This document shows positions 1 through 40,999 of a stretch of 64,000 nt of DNA, piece by piece. The notes beneath the pieces are model-generated. The model made no database searches, was not told the DNA's origin, and saw only the letters and a program-made list of their open reading frames with translations. A program made the position numbers and the translations under genes. Each line of letters begins with the position of its first letter. Positions within the stretch are counted from its first letter, which is position 1. The DNA lies in contig CM022679.1 of assembly GCA_012295275.1 (NCBI GenBank), positions 23,932,001 through 23,996,000 on the forward strand, written 5' to 3'. The DNA is from Chrysomallon squamiferum (Eukaryota; Animalia; Mollusca).

Positions 1-11
1 GTAAATCATAC

Positions 12-136
12 ATTTCAGTTCCTTCAGACTCCTCTCTGATTTTGTCCAGACGAGCAGGTTCATAATCCCCACCTGCTGTCAGTGGCTCATCGTAAAAAAC
101 ATCATCAACAAGACTAAAGGCATCATCGGTGTATTG
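12..136 (-). CDS. RHBDF: iRhom internal exon (QYTDDAFSLVDDVFYDEPLTAGGDYEPARLDKIREESEGTE)
   Basis: Acceptor ttttacag at 137-139 and donor gtatga at 11-6 on the minus strand; open in phase 0; contains the DDVF motif. Confidence 0.85.
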
Positions 137-2458
137 CTGTAAAAAAATAAACAATAAAAATAGAAATTAAATACTACTACTAATAATAATAAAAAATAAA
201 AATAAAGTAAATACTAATAGATAAAATAAATAATCCTCATCATCATCATCATCAAACATTACACATTTTTTTTAAATATAAATACCTCTATAATTAAAGA
301 CTGAAATCTTAATTTTCTGTTTTTGTTACACCCCAAAAAGGCTTTTTAACAAATTTAACGCATAAACACCCTGTCTGATTTTTATCACAAAATAGATTTC
401 AGAAATCACAATTTTCATCAACTGAACAGTAACTGATCAGTTTTTATCTATTTAATGTATTGTTAAACTTATGAACCTTTGCTTGTTATACATTAACAGA
501 CAACATTTTTGCATTTAAAGAATAAAATAATTAGAATTTTAGTGAAAACAAGACAAAAATGATGTTCTCTACTTTTTTTCATAAAAAGTATTTTAAAACA
601 TGACATTAAAAGGATACTGAAGACAAGAACATAAATACATCTACAAAATATGTAAAACAACATAAAGCTGAGTGATTTAAAATTATATGACAACTTCATT
701 ACTTTTTTATCTTGATCAGAATTTATAGGGGCATTGCTTGCTTCCAATATCAAAATACAGGTTAATTTATCAGTATTATAAAGTACCTGTGAAGTGGCAA
801 AACTCAAATCTTCATCAGGAATATCTCCAGCTAGACTAGCCGGAGCAAAGCTTCTACTTTTAAGAGCTTGTTTCTGCCTCAGTTTTCTCTTCACTCCCTG
901 TAGTGAGAAAAAAGCAAAAATAATATGTTCAATCCAAAAACAAGAACAATCAAAACAAATAAAATAAGAAAACAGACTAATAAAAATACAACTGAAATAT
1001 TTTTATCATTACGATTCATCGACTGCTAATGCTAACCGTTTATTTTTTCTTCATTAAAATATATTTATCACAATTAACATTAAAGAGAAATATAAATTTC
1101 TCATTTTTTTTTAAATTCCCATAGCCTTATCCTATACTGGAATAACAAAGATACATTCAATGTTTTACTGATAAGTATAATTATACGAGTTTTTGGTGCA
1201 AAGACTGCTATCACCAAAACACAATTTACTTATTTATCATTTAACAAAAATCCAGGACCTATTTAAACACTAAGAGTAAGATAAATACTCACAGCTAATG
1301 TTGAAATACCCTGCCACGTCATTTTAATAACAGAATCTTTTGTTCTGGGGGTAGCCACATAGCCCCTGCGGTATGTGCTTGTACTTGAAAGTGGGGTGGT
1401 CCTGCGGGAGTACCTGTCTGTCTCACTAATGTGTCTGCCTGGAACTCGAAGAGGATCAACAATTCGGGGTGAAGCTGTATCAAGTTCATCCTCAGGATGA
1501 CGCACGAGCTCTTCTTTAAGTTTCCCAATAGATCCTGCGTAACGCTTCCTGCGATTATCCCATCTATCAGATCGCGAGCAATCTTCTTCTCCAACTCCGA
1601 AAAAGTCAGCAACACTATTTTTCATGTATCTGTGTTAAAAGTAATAATAAAATATAAACTACACTGCTTTAAACAGTTTGGACTGCACATATGTGGTCAT
1701 TATGCATCCTACTATGTGTACTTGTTGTAACACATCATAATGCTAGTCAACTAATGGTGACCAGAGTTTTTCTGAAAAAAATCTTGAATTCACCATCAAA
1801 TAAAAAATATTTCTTAGAAATTCCTTGTAACAAATGCTAACTACCTAGTATTAGTAAGTGTACAGAGTAGTTCCTGATGCTAATGCCTGTCAGAACATTT
1901 GGATGAGTCTGTAACATATAAAATAGGCACCAAATCTAACATATAAAATAGGCACCAAATTTTAAACTGTATTCCAGACTGTAGAAAAGTTTATATAACA
2001 TATCAGTTGTTATTTTATTTATTATGACTTTTTTAAAATGATTAATTAATTCTGATTCAGCTGTAATAATATTACCTTCCTAATCTTTTCATCCTGCTGC
2101 CTGACTGTGGTTGATTTCCAGCACCACTTGTGGGTGGAGCACTGGCTGTGGTCAACCGAGATATCTGCCTGTTATATCTGTCATCCATCTTGTTTTCTAC
2201 AAAATTTATCATTTAAAATTTTTAAATATGTCACTAACATGAAACTATTTTATGAAAAATAAAATAAAATAAAATAAAAAATAAAATAATTTCTCTTAGG
2301 AAAAAACCCAACAAACAAACAAAAAAAAAAACATTCTGAAAAAAGTGAAAGAAAAAGAGAATAACTAAGTTTACAATTCATAATTTTTGTGTTTACAGCA
2401 ACACTAATACATTACAGTTATTTTACTTTACGTAGTTTGTTACTTTTAATTTTTTTAA

Positions 2459-2495
<37 letters not shown>

Positions 2496-3335
2496 TTTTT
2501 TTTTTTTTTTGTTACGATAATTATACCGAAATTATCAGTATTAAAAATAAAATCATATAGCTAATTTTTTGGACCAACTCAAAATTTCAGTCAATATCCT
2601 TGAATTTAAAACGAAAAATGTTGCAACATATTTGGTTTTGTAATTTAATTTACCTAAAAACAAAAGGAAAACAAAATTAAAATGATTTAGTGGTTTCGTT
2701 TTCAATGCAGCATCACTTATATAACAATATTTATCACTAAACCAAAATAACCGTGACAACCTTTGATAAACACATCCGGTTTTCTACATAATTATATCCA
2801 GTTCGTATTTATTGGCAAGTACTTCATTCCATTCAATGATTTTCTTGATACGAATAAGTGAGTTTTGTAAACAAATATTTCAGTAATGCTAATACATACA
2901 TTTAATCGAAACAGAAAATACTAGGGCACTTGCGCATCTTTTTTATTTCCAAGCGTTACCATTTTTCTTAACTGTTGCCTTTTGTTATTGTCCGCATCAA
3001 ATAGTGTACATTGTACGAAGCAATGTCAAGAAGTCTTTTCATAGGGAACACCAGTCTATATGTATAAATAGCGCCAGCTTTCATAGCTAATTAATAATTC
3101 GTTACCACTCTAAAATTGAAAATGATTTAGGTAACCCATATAACAGTTATTAACTTGTGATGATATTGAATGGAACCTTTTATTTCATCTATTTACATTA
3201 TTCAAATGAAATACAAAATAGTTATTATTAATCATTGAATGATTAATAGAATAACATTGATTAAAATGATTTATGCTCCGAAACAGTCATGTCTGTTTTT
3301 AATATAGGCTACAGAAGAATAGTGTAAACATTTTC

Positions 3336-3411
<76 letters not shown>

Positions 3412-5052
3412 TATGTATACATACAAAGTGTATACAGGTATACAAGTGGTCCAAAAGTTGGTGGACAGTAAATGATAACATTTATTTTGAGATTACATAT
3501 ACAATTTAATTAAATTAAATTTAAAAAATTGTAGTTATAAAATTTTAAATAATATAGCACAAATACCACAGTTATAATGAACACCACTGTAGTAATGTAA
3601 CCCTAACCTAATCCACATACTGTTCACCTACTTTTGGACCACCCTGTATTTATATATAGTCGTATTATTATAATAAAATAAAATAAAATAAAATAAAATA
3701 AAATAAAATAAATAAATAAATAAATTAAAAATTAAAAACAAAAAAATAAAATAAAATAAAAGAAGAAAAAGAAACTGGGTCCAAAGAGCTAAATGCACTA
3801 TTTTAAAAGGGACGAAATCAATGGTTACATTGTTATAGTTTACAGTAAGATCTATATATGGAACAATGCTCTGTAATAAAAGGACAGTTATCAGCAGTAG
3901 TAGCATTGCTGTGAAAACAAAACTAGTTTAGCGTTTAGAGAACGACCATTACGTGGGGGTGTGTGTGTGTCAAGGGTGGCATAATAAATAAATAAATAAA
4001 TAGAATATAATAAAATAATGGTAGAGTGTTAGAAGTTTGTGTTGCTTTTTATATATTAGTTAGGTTTATTCTTAATTTTGTTTTCTTTTATTTGTGTATT
4101 GCACAATTAAATGAAATCTAAAAATATCTATCCATATAATCTGTTTCGAATATTAAACTTCTGCTGATACGTATCATTTTCTGCCGGTCCATGAACTCTT
4201 TACTAAACTGCAGAAATAAATTTAGCTTTCCTTTACCAGATCAATTGATGAGGTGTTAGCTAAAACAGGCAGGTGCTAATACAAATTAGAATAAATCAGA
4301 ATTCCACTCGGAAACATATTAACTGGACTGACAGAAATAGAGAGCATGTCTTAATGCTAAATCAACTTTAGACATGCACTAGTTGACTATCTGTGATAAA
4401 CTGTTGAATCAGAAAGATTATTTATATTATTGGCAGTCTACTTCTGTTGGATCATGTATGTAAAAAAACAAAACTGATTCAGGTTCAGTGCGTGTTGACT
4501 GGGAATGGATATCAGTTCCAGTGGCTGTTGATCAATCAGGAATTGAAAACGTGTAGGCCTGTAAAATCAGCTGTCTTTTTTTCTTAAACCGTTTCCTTCG
4601 ACCGTAGAGATCGAAACTCTAATGTACCAGAAAATGGTAATGCAATACCAAAAGAGAGGTCCTTCTGTTGAATTCAATAAAATAAAAATAAAAAAGTAAA
4701 GAAAGTAACGATGAAATAAAAATAAAATGAAGCAAAATGGTGTTTGAAGCCATTAAGATATGCTATTACATTATTATTATTTTTTAATATGATGTTCTTT
4801 GATGCGCATTTGGGACTTCAACAACAACAACAACAACAACAACAATAATAATAATAATAATAATAAAATTTAAGAAGAAGAAGAAGAAAAAAAAAGAAAA
4901 ACCCATCAAAATAAAACAAAGAACAAAACAATACCCCCAAAAAACCCAGAACAAGAAAAATAACAACTCCACATAACCCAGCTCCCCAGAAAATAATAAA
5001 TAACAAAAGGAAGAAAGCTTTATTTAAAATAATAATAATAATAATAATAATG

Positions 5053-5100
<48 letters not shown>

Positions 5101-5133
5101 GATTCAAACCACAATTATAACTTTATGCTAATG

Positions 5134-5164
<31 letters not shown>

Positions 5165-5826
5165 ATATCAAAAAATAACATTAATAGATCGTGTTATTAA
5201 TTAAATATGCCAAATTCTGCGTTTACTCTAATATATTTGTAATACACCATAGATGAATTAAATTAGCTGACCCGGGTATTGTGTCAAATCAGAAAAAAAA
5301 AAAAAAAGAAAGAAAGAAAAAAGAAATTGAATGTACTTTTATACAACGCCTGATATATATATTTCTGGCATCGCAAAATCGAACTCCAGATACGTCAAAT
5401 AAGAATGCATTCTTGCCTTGAAAAATTAGATTTTCCGATGTCTAGAAACCCAACAACACTATATCAAATATACTGCTGGAACTGTCTTCGAAATAAATTG
5501 ACATTTGGTGTTTACCAATTTTCTGCTGCTTCCCGCAACATTTACATATAATCACTTATTGAACATACTTTTTGTTTATATTTAACTATCGATGTAAACA
5601 CTATTATCCCGTTAGACGCACGCGCTCAAATTAATTATTTCTATTCATAAGTCATCGAGTTTGAAATGCTTAAGAAAAATAATAATATAGGAGAGAGAAC
5701 CATTATTACCATTATTACTCTATTAAGACGATTAACCTTTACGACAATAAATATTAATGTCAATATTTGTTAAAATCATCAGCTAAAACGTTAATTAACA
5801 GTGCACTTACCATGCACTGCTGACAT
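12..5826 (-). CDS. RHBDF: Inactive rhomboid protein (iRhom, RHBDF1/2-like), 5' part. Coding exons 5826-5811, 2196-2076, 1629-1293, 897-787, 136-12; continues off the left edge
   Basis: GT-AG introns with consistent phases (1,2,0,0) give MSAVHENKMDDRYNRQ...YMKNSVADFFGVGEEDCSRSDRWDNRRKRYAGSIGKLK...KDSVIKMTWQGISTLAGVKRK...KSRSFAPASL...LVDDVFYDEPLTA. This matches recalled iRhom cytoplasmic-tail motifs (ADWFGVS...W.RK...YGKLK; RSFAFPS; PDDVFESPPLSA). Confidence 0.88.
787..897 (-). CDS. RHBDF: iRhom internal exon (GVKRKLRQKQALKSRSFAPASLAGDIPDEDLSFATSQ)
   Basis: 111-nt phase 0/0 exon with cag acceptor and gt donor; RSFAP motif. Confidence 0.88.
1293..1629 (-). CDS. RHBDF: iRhom internal exon with ADFFGV / GKLK motifs
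   Basis: 337-nt exon, cag acceptor at 1630-1632, gtgagt donor; overlaps ORF 1263..1625. Confidence 0.9.
2076..2196 (-). CDS. RHBDF: iRhom exon (ENKMDDRYNRQISRLTTASAPPTSGAGNQPQSGSRMKRLGR)
   Basis: tag acceptor, gtaata donor; ends in phase 2, matching the next exon. An in-frame ATG at 2188 could also be a start. Confidence 0.8.
5811..5826 (-). CDS. RHBDF: Putative first coding exon of iRhom (MSAVH + G)
   Basis: ATG at 5826 followed 16 nt later by a consensus G|gtaagt donor; phase 1 joins the 2196 exon in frame. Confidence 0.6.
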
Positions 5827-31779
<25,953 letters not shown>

Positions 31780-32817
31780 GCTGGATACTTTACTCATGTA
31801 AATTTATTATATATGCAAAATATAGGATGGATCGAAGTCACTGTCACCAAGTTGTAGAATATTTCAGTAATTGTTTCTAAATTGGATTTTTTTTTTTTTT
31901 TTCCATATGTTCTAAGACTAGTAGATTGGCATAATTACATTAATGTCACGTTTTGGCAGCGAACCAGAAAAGACTGGTTCTTGTAGCTAAAAAATATATT
32001 ACTATACCGGTTTTCTTAGATGTTACGGCGAGACATCGAACTATTCCAGCAAATAAGAGACAAAAACAAAACTCAACATCATTGTTTCTGGCAGGTATTA
32101 GATCGGGGAACCAGGAAAGTCTGCTTATTGAAGCTAAAACTGTTACTAATGAATTGTTTTTCGTAGATATTACGTAAGCGAACTGAACATTTTAGTAATA
32201 GGTTTGCCTGTTAGCAAGCCATGGTTTCGTATTTTCCTTCCATCATTATACTCCATATATATAGATTAACAACGCACATCTCATACACAGCTAGAACATA
32301 TTTTCACCTGATTTTTATTGCATAAATGTATTCATTATCAGTACTGACATTTTAAAATACTTTTCAAAGAAATGTTTTTTTTTTTAATTTTTAATTTATT
32401 TTAGTTTTCAGTTCATAGAATCAACTAATTTATACAAATACCACAAGTAAGTCAGTTAAAAATAGTTACTGATAAATTTACAGAGTTTAAAATAAATATT
32501 TCTTTTTCACACAAAGAAACCATAAGAGCTTAATATTATGCTATTATATTATTCTAGTGAAGTAAACCCAAATATGATTCTTTAATTTCTTTTTGTAAGT
32601 TTAATTTTTATTTTTTTGACCCTACACTTAAAAATAAAATTGTACAGTCTTTTTTCTCTTCAATCACTGAAACATAATCCTACTTGGTATATGATTAGTA
32701 TAAGTAATTTTTTATGGATATGGGAAGATCAAAAAAATATTTAACGAACCAGGATGTTCTCAGGGAACTGATTAAGGAAGCATAGAACAATATGAACCGT
32801 TTAAGAATATGAACTAT

Positions 32818-32900
<83 letters not shown>

Positions 32901-33458
32901 GTTACGTTCGGCGTGCATACTTTATACTTTTGTAATATGAATAAAAGTCAAATATTCCATAATTTCGGAATATTTTCAGGTTTGTTTTCTATTTGTTTCG
33001 GAATATAACTAGTGGTATTATTTGTCCTTAATGCTATAATCTCCCTTAAAAACTATACATATTTCAAAATATAATTAAGCGTTAATATTATTATTACTGT
33101 TATATCACTTGCCTAAAAATACACTGCACTAACGCGTTATTACAAATGTCTAGTTCATCAAGGATTTAAAATTATTAATCTTCATCAGTAGTTTTACACC
33201 ATATATTTTATAATGGATGTGCATTTATTATAAATACTGGCTTTAGCAAGACCATATGTTGTGGTCCGTGTTTTAGATGACAGAATTCATGTAGCTATGT
33301 GCTACACTGTAAAGTTCACTAGCGGTGATACCATTTCTTCGTGTTATAGACACTGTAGAATATTTTCAGATGTTATTAATCGATAATCATGTAACAACAA
33401 ACCTTATATCCCACTTTGTATTTATAATGGGGATTTTTTTTTTGTATTTTTTTCTTCA

Positions 33459-33600
<142 letters not shown>

Positions 33601-33699
33601 CGTAACAGTTTAAAAATTTCCCTCAACTATTGTGTAAAAAAGACCAGCATGAATCTAATCCTTTCGCTTCGTTACACAACTTGATGTTTCTTAATGCTG

Positions 33700-34010
33700 A
33701 CAATTCGTGTTCTAATACAGTTAGCTGTAGACAACAAGTCTTTGATCAATAAATTCCACCACTCCATGGCATGTCGCCATGTAACCAGTTCATCTGTTAT
33801 TTCATTTGAAGATGCCATTGAATGTAAAGACTGGTGGAGAAAGCCTGACGCAGTAGAAAATAAGGTTCCCACAATGGATCCATATTTCTTTCTTGACATT
33901 TGTTTAGAAGATTGATCGTAAAGCATACAAACTGATCAGTAACCGCTTTAAGCTTAAAGAGTGGAAAAGTCTACTGACTAGGTTAAAGAATGTTATCCGA
34001 CGTGCCAGTG
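33700..34010 (-). mobile_element. Degraded LINE reverse transcriptase relic
   Basis: VTDQFVCFTINLLNKCQERNMDPLWEPYFLLRQAF resembles TDQIFTLRQLLEKC.E.N..L...F.DL.KAF. Confidence 0.45.
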
Positions 34011-34048
34011 GTTGAAGGATCGAAAGCCAAGTTTTTTTTAACTGTTGT

Positions 34049-34100
<52 letters not shown>

Positions 34101-34343
34101 TATAGTAATTTATTATTTATTTATTTATTTATTTTTTAAAATGTATTTCAAACCGCGTTGTGAACTTCATATCATTTCTTGTTTATCTAAATAGGGATGC
34201 AGTATTTATTTCGGGATTAAAAAAACAAATTATGTTTTCAAATGATGCAATGTATCAACATAATTATCTTTTATTATTTTCAGAACAGAAGTTTCGTGAA
34301 AATACGATTTGTATGTTTCACGAGATATTTTCTCATCATTAAT

Positions 34344-34384
<41 letters not shown>

Positions 34385-36099
34385 AATAAAATAAATGGAT
34401 TTTCAGGATTAAGTAAGAATTTTTGTTTAAGAAATGACGATAATAATGATGATTATAACAATAAAAATAATATAATAATAATTAATTCAGACAGCGGAAA
34501 CCAATCTTTCCCAAAAATGAAAAGACGAAGACGATGGTGATAATAAATAAATAAATTAATAAATAAATAAAAAGCACTAATATATAGAAAATTGTTTGCA
34601 AACGATATTTTCACTACTGAAAATTATTATTATGATGATTATTATTATTATCATTATTATTATTATTATTATAATTATTATTATTATTATTGACATTAAT
34701 ATTATTATTATTCTTTTATATTTCCTTTTTTGCTTTCAGAAACATTCTACTTGCTATTTCTTTTAAAATAATGTTCTTTTCTTTTCTTTTTTTTTTTTTT
34801 GATTTTGTTTTTGATTTTTTTTTACAATTGTATATATAATAGTGATACAATTCACAGCTGTTCCTTTGTTCAGTGAAGAGTACATATTTGTAACAGTGTG
34901 ATATTATCCTATGTAAATTTACAGTTGGTCATGTGATACTAACTATTATAGTTTTGTAAATAATGAATACAGCATTCAGATAATGTTTTGTAAATGACAC
35001 ACATCTTTAGTACTTATTCAAATATTTTTATTTCCACAGTAAGTTAAAGTTGAAATAATGTTGTATTGTATACACTGTGGACATTGTTATCTTAGCACAA
35101 TTTCATGTATTGTACGAATCAACATTTGAGAAATATACTGTTACGTAAATGTTTTAGTTTTTTTATGTTGTTTTTTTTTTTGTGGTGTTTTTATCATTAT
35201 TATTAATTTAATATATATTAAAATACATACATGTATATAAAAATATACATACACACATATTTCGTAAAGGAGACACATATTTAGTACATATATAAATACA
35301 AATTTATATACATATTGATGTGAATTTAGTTCTCTTCGGAAAAGATTTATTTTTTGTCAGTACCCGAAAATACAGATCTATATGTAGTCATCATATCTTG
35401 CCACTGGGTACTGTGATTAAAGGATACATAAGTAAACACATAGGCACATACGCACGTGCGCGTTCTGAATATATTTATTTATATATTACATTTTTGTGAC
35501 GCAAAAGAAATGACCTTATTACGTCATACACATGCCATTAGCAAAAAGACGAACATTGTTTTTTGCGTACACAATTTCTATCATTATTGGGGATAACTTT
35601 CATGCTTTAAATGACACGTAAGTATGTTTTCCTTGTCCAGTTTTTAGAATATATAACCAGCAGTATTGTTTATGTTGTTTGGTAGATAAAACGCAATTTA
35701 ACTGAAACTTGACAATAGAGAGCGAAAACTAGATTCCAAAGGCCACATACCATCTTATAGAACAAGGAATAAAACAATAAAAGTAAACATAAAATTGAAA
35801 AGAAAGTGACAAAGATTGCAAACAAATAAATAAAGAAAACAATACATGAAGCAACTAATAGGTTAGAAATTTATATAAGCAAGTTAATGCCCTAATCGGC
35901 ACTTAATCAATGTACTTCCGTTTTAGCAGGTGCTCCAAGGTCAAAATCGAGTTAAAGGTTACATTGGACAGGAAGAGAGAGAACCGAAATAAATTAACAA
36001 ATAATAATAATAATAATTTCATACAGATCCAAAAAAAAAAAAAAAAAATGCAAATAAAAGATTAAAAGCTCCCCACAAACTCAAAAGTGGAATAAATAC

Positions 36100-36148
<49 letters not shown>

Positions 36149-36326
36149 AAATTTTTTAATTTTAATTTTAATTTTTTTAAATTAATTTCTTCATTACAAC
36201 TGTTTTTAATTTTATTTTAGATGAAAATTACTAAGAAAACTGACAATCTCTGATCGAATTACTCTGGATTTCATTAGAATTCACAACAAGCCTGTTTTCT
36301 AAATCTTTTCGAAACGTTTTCGAAAA

Positions 36327-36390
36327 ATGGATTTGAAATTTTCTTTTTCGCTTTTATCTTTTATTATTTGTTCTCTTGCACCGGAAAAAG
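36327..36390 (+). CDS. Ly6 gene B exon 1 (signal peptide)
   Basis: 64 nt, aaaATGg start, AAG|gtacag donor, phase 1. Confidence 0.8.
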
Positions 36391-36498
36391 GTACAGTATA
36401 CTGATGTGTATGAGTATAATTACGAGTATGCGTGTCTGTCTTTTTTGTTTCGGTCTCTTTGCACTGGAAAAAAAACATGTTAACACGTCTGTATATAG

Positions 36499-36548
<50 letters not shown>

Positions 36549-38001
36549 AAGAACAGACAGACACAAACACATGCTCATGTACACGTACACCCTCCCACGC
36601 ATGCATATCTGTTATATTGCATAACACACGGTTGCACAATCATGTTTGTGCATAGATATGTGTGTATACTGGAATAAGTGTTGCATAATCACTATTGAAT
36701 ATGCGTTCTAGTATCTCGATATACCCTAAACACATTATGTATAAAATAAAACTGATATCGCATTTTTTTCAGTTTTCTTAAATGACATATATATCTTTGT
36801 ATTTATACTTTATCTTTTATTATTATCTTTTTAAATCAAAACATCGTTATTTTAAATCTTTGATAATGAATCCTAATTAACGATATAACGAATTATTATT
36901 ATTGCTATTATTATTATTATTATTATTTCAAGTAGTTGTTGTAGAAGTTGTTGTTGTTGCAGTAGTAGCAGTTATAGTAGTACTCTCATCTTGCTCAGGT
37001 TCTGCTATATTATGTTACGTGTGTAACTCCTATTTTAACGGATCTGAATGTTCTGAACTCGGTCATCAGTCAGAGAAAACGAAAAATATGTATGCTACAG
37101 ACTGCAAATTTCACCAAGGACCCAAACCGGCCAAAGCGTGCAGGAAGATGTACCAGGACTGTAAGTACATATGAACAAGAAACCTCTTTGTATTAACGTT
37201 ACTGGAATGTGAATTTGTAATAACAGTAATTAAGGCTATACTAGAGTGATGGTGGATGTCCACTGGTATTTTAAAGTCTGCCTAATAAAACGTTTTCATT
37301 TCCAAAATTTATGATTTTCTTGTTTTGGGCATTACGTTATTGGTCATAGCAAACAGGTTGGACAATAAAGTATTACGGTTATTTATTTGTTAATTTAAAA
37401 AAAAAATGTTTGCCTGTTCATAAATGGCGTGGTGTCATGGCTGAGTATGTATCTAACTGATATATATATCTAAATGTTGTTGTTTTTGTCTCAAAAAATC
37501 GTGGAAAATCGGCCACCTTTTACGCGATAGATTTTTGAACAGTGAAAAAAGAACCCAATAAAAGAACCCCAAAACAACAACAACCAAAAAAATCATTTAA
37601 TTTTCATTTTTTTTAACCTCTCTCGCACTCTCTTTATTATTATTATTATTATTATTATTACTAGTAGTAGTAGTAGTAGTAGTAGTATTGCTGTTGTTGT
37701 TGTTTTGTTGTCGTTGTTTTCGTATGTCTATATATATATACATATACAACAACAACAACATTTAAAAAAAAATTTTTACAACTTTGATTCAGTCAGCGAT
37801 CAAGGAGGGATAAGAGTTATTCGTCAGTGTGCTGTGAGATGGAAGGCTGGATGTAAGGAAAAGTCTACTGGGAAGCGAAGTGGACTCAGTTTCGTGTACT
37901 GTCACTGTACAGAGCCGCTGTGTAATTCATCGAGAAGAAACAGACCTTCCCTGTCAACACATTTCTCCGTGTTACCTTTTTTCTTTTTATTGTTAAAATA
38001 A
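36327..38001 (+). CDS. Ly6/uPAR three-finger protein, tandem paralogue (gene B, 144 aa). Exons 36327-36390, 36999-37160, 37793-38001
   Basis: MDLKFSFSLLSFIICSLAPEKG-SAILCYVCNSYFNGSEC...TDCKF...ACRKMYQDFSDQGGIRVIRQCAVRWKAGCKEK...YCHCTEPLCNSSRRNRPSLSTHFSVLPFFFLLLK*. Same intron phases as gene A, identical 162-nt exon 2, 10 Cys. Confidence 0.88.
36999..37160 (+). CDS. Ly6 gene B exon 2
   Basis: cag acceptor, gtaagt donor, 162 nt, CYVCNS...CRK. Confidence 0.9.
37793..38001 (+). CDS. Ly6 gene B exon 3
   Basis: The ttcag acceptor at 37791-37792 is the phase-compatible one; RVIRQC...YCHCTEPLCN, then stop. Confidence 0.87.
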
Positions 38002-38432
38002 TTCACCTGTTTTTATCTAGGCAGATTATAGTGGTTTCAGTATTTCATTTGAATGCAATTCATGCTTAATTAAGCAGTTTGTTATAATATGTTTAATTGG
38101 TTCAGTGTTTTCATTTCAATACTTTCTAGTTAAAGGATGGAAATGTAATTCAGTTGTATGAACTCTGTTATAGAATGGGTAAACTGTTTCTAACGCTGAT
38201 GTGAAAATATAAGTTAAACAGATAATTTGATTAAATTCATTAAAATTTCTGTTATTAATATCAAGTATTTTATAAATTCAGATTATTTTATATTTTTATT
38301 ATTTCATATTAAAGGACCCATTTGGGTTACTTTGTTTTGTTTCTGTTATTACTTCAAAGAATTGATGTTACAGGCAAAATCGTAATAATATGAATGTTTT
38401 GGAATGTCTAGCTCAATATATATTATGCACAA

Positions 38433-38596
<164 letters not shown>

Positions 38597-39357
38597 TTTA
38601 AATTTCGAATGTGTATACTCCCACAAGTAAATAATTCTGTTTGGAAGTTAATCATTAATGCAACTTTATTACATATTTTCACAAACAAAGATTTTTGTTC
38701 AAACTGGCATTTGTCGCATATTCAGTAAATAATAATAATAAAAAAATATAGCTTTGCAAATTTGTTACCATATGTTGTCACACATTTTATAGTCATAATT
38801 TTGATTATATAAAAATATTACTAGATTTATGTTAAAAGAATTCTCAAAATTTAGTTTTTGATCCAAATTAGTGTCCTAAGATAAATTACGTTCATGCGAA
38901 GACGAATATTTGTTTTAAACTTTGGCTGAAATGATTACCGATTAATTATCATTAATGTGTCATTCATGTTATATAGTAATGTTAATACGACAGAAAACGT
39001 CTACGGCATATGGAATGTGAAAAAACAACAAAAAGCACGGTTGTTTGAAATGCAGCATCTTCCTTTTCCCTATGACTGATTTATCAAGGGTTATTGTACT
39101 TCCTTTACTATCTTTTAGAAACTGCATATGAAATATCCCTTGCTATTAGCTAAAAGTTTCGATATCTCTATGGTCCTTATTCATGTCCATAATGTCAAAT
39201 GAAAAGGTAAAACTATTTTGAGAGTTTAATTAAAAAGAAGAAAATGATTTTTTGTGTCCTTTTAACAGTTTGGAACAAGATGTCTTCTGAATGCTTGTTC
39301 ATATGGTCAAGTTCTACCATAACTGTTTATTTATTTATTTATTTATTATTACTATTA

Positions 39358-39401
<44 letters not shown>

Positions 39402-40902
39402 GTTATTATTTTTATTATTTAGCTATATCAAGGTCTCATCCGAAAACGACAGTAGAAAACAAAAGCTCTGATGATGATGATGTAACGACAGGCGTAATAA
39501 TACTAGCATTAATCAAGAGGTGAAGTTGTTCTACACCACTGATACTATAAAGTAGTTGATGTAAGAACAAAACTATAATAATATCCATGATGCTTAAGAA
39601 AATGTAATGGTAATTAACCGATTCTTCTCTTTAAAAAATATTGATTAGAAACTGAGCCAGGCATCTCAAAACATTTGTTCGTGACTACCAGGACAGCATA
39701 ACTGCCAGAATCAAGCATTTTAGCCACGAACGGCGTATTCTGAAACCATTTGGATAATATGAGACCATTTTAATGAGCCAGAGCAAAGCAACTGGAGGCC
39801 ATGGTGCCCAAATTTCCACGACAAACAAAACCTCGTTCCTTTCTTTATCTGTTAAATAAAAGTAGAAGATATCTGAAATATTGGCACTGATAAAGATTTT
39901 ATTTATTAACTATCTTCCTTCTTCGTCTTCTAATTTTAAATAAATAATAAATGTATAAACGTTAGTAAGTTTACCAGCAAGGCTGCAAGGGTATGGAATT
40001 AATTAACATGTTCATATAGTGCATTACACACTGTACAAGATCAGAACAGTTTCTGTCGAGGTATTTTTCCAAGCAAACTAAACTGAAATAAAATTAATTG
40101 TAAATTTAAACGACGACAACAGATTTTGGCTGGAGGCTGAGTTCCTTCTAGATTATGATCCCCTGAACTACAGCCCGGTTAGCCCACATGTGAATCCGAT
40201 GTTGATTCCATAGAATCATCTTCTTATAATTAAGTTATGATCTTTTCCCATTATAGCACTGTTCACCTGTCTTAATAAATTAAAATTAAAATTATCCATG
40301 GTTCAATTTATTTATTAAGCAGCAGAAGCTGTATTTTATTAAACGAGTGAATTACAAAGTGTTGGAACCCTCGTAGCTTCTTAAAAAGAAGAAAACAAAA
40401 ACAAACAAGCAAACTAAAAAACTAACAAATAACAACAAAAAAATAATTTAACAAATCGATCTGCTGCTGTTATAGCTTGTCCTAAAGGGCCCACTGAAAT
40501 TAAATGCCACAAGATCGCTTCCTTCTCTGTTATAATATAAAACTTCTAAATAGCTTTGTTTTACAAAATTAAACTAACGACTACTACTACAACCATCACC
40601 ACTACTACTAGTACTGCTTCTGCTTCTACTACCACAATAAAGGGTGAATAAATAAATAAATAAAATAAACAAGCAAAAAACAAACAAACGAACGAGCAAA
40701 CAAACAAACAAACAAACAAACAAATATATATATAAATATACAAAGAAAGAAACAAATAATAATCCATCAATAAATCCTTATAAAATTGGGTAAGGGGAAT
40801 AACTCATAGTGTCGTATTGAAATATTAAGTCAAAATTATCCATCCCTACACATGTCGAAAATGTATTGTTTCATTAATAATAATAATAATAATAAAATAA
40901 AA

Positions 40903-40957
<55 letters not shown>

Positions 40958-40999
40958 ATCATCAAGAATAAAATAAAATATAATGTTTATAGTTTTACA

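Noticed and set aside
493-786. Hydrophobic C-terminal extension of ORF 493..894 resembling transmembrane helices
   Set aside because: It is read-through into the intron past the donor at 786.
35532-35617. ATG-initiated segment ending at a gtaagt donor, considered as Ly6-B exon 1
   Set aside because: It ends in phase 2, incompatible with phase-1 exon 2, and is a poor signal peptide; at most a 5'UTR exon.
36902-36998. In-frame hydrophobic stretch (LLLL...VVVV) upstream of Ly6-B exon 2 that mimics a signal peptide
   Set aside because: It is microsatellite-derived with no in-frame ATG after the upstream stop; a proper leader exon exists at 36327-36390.
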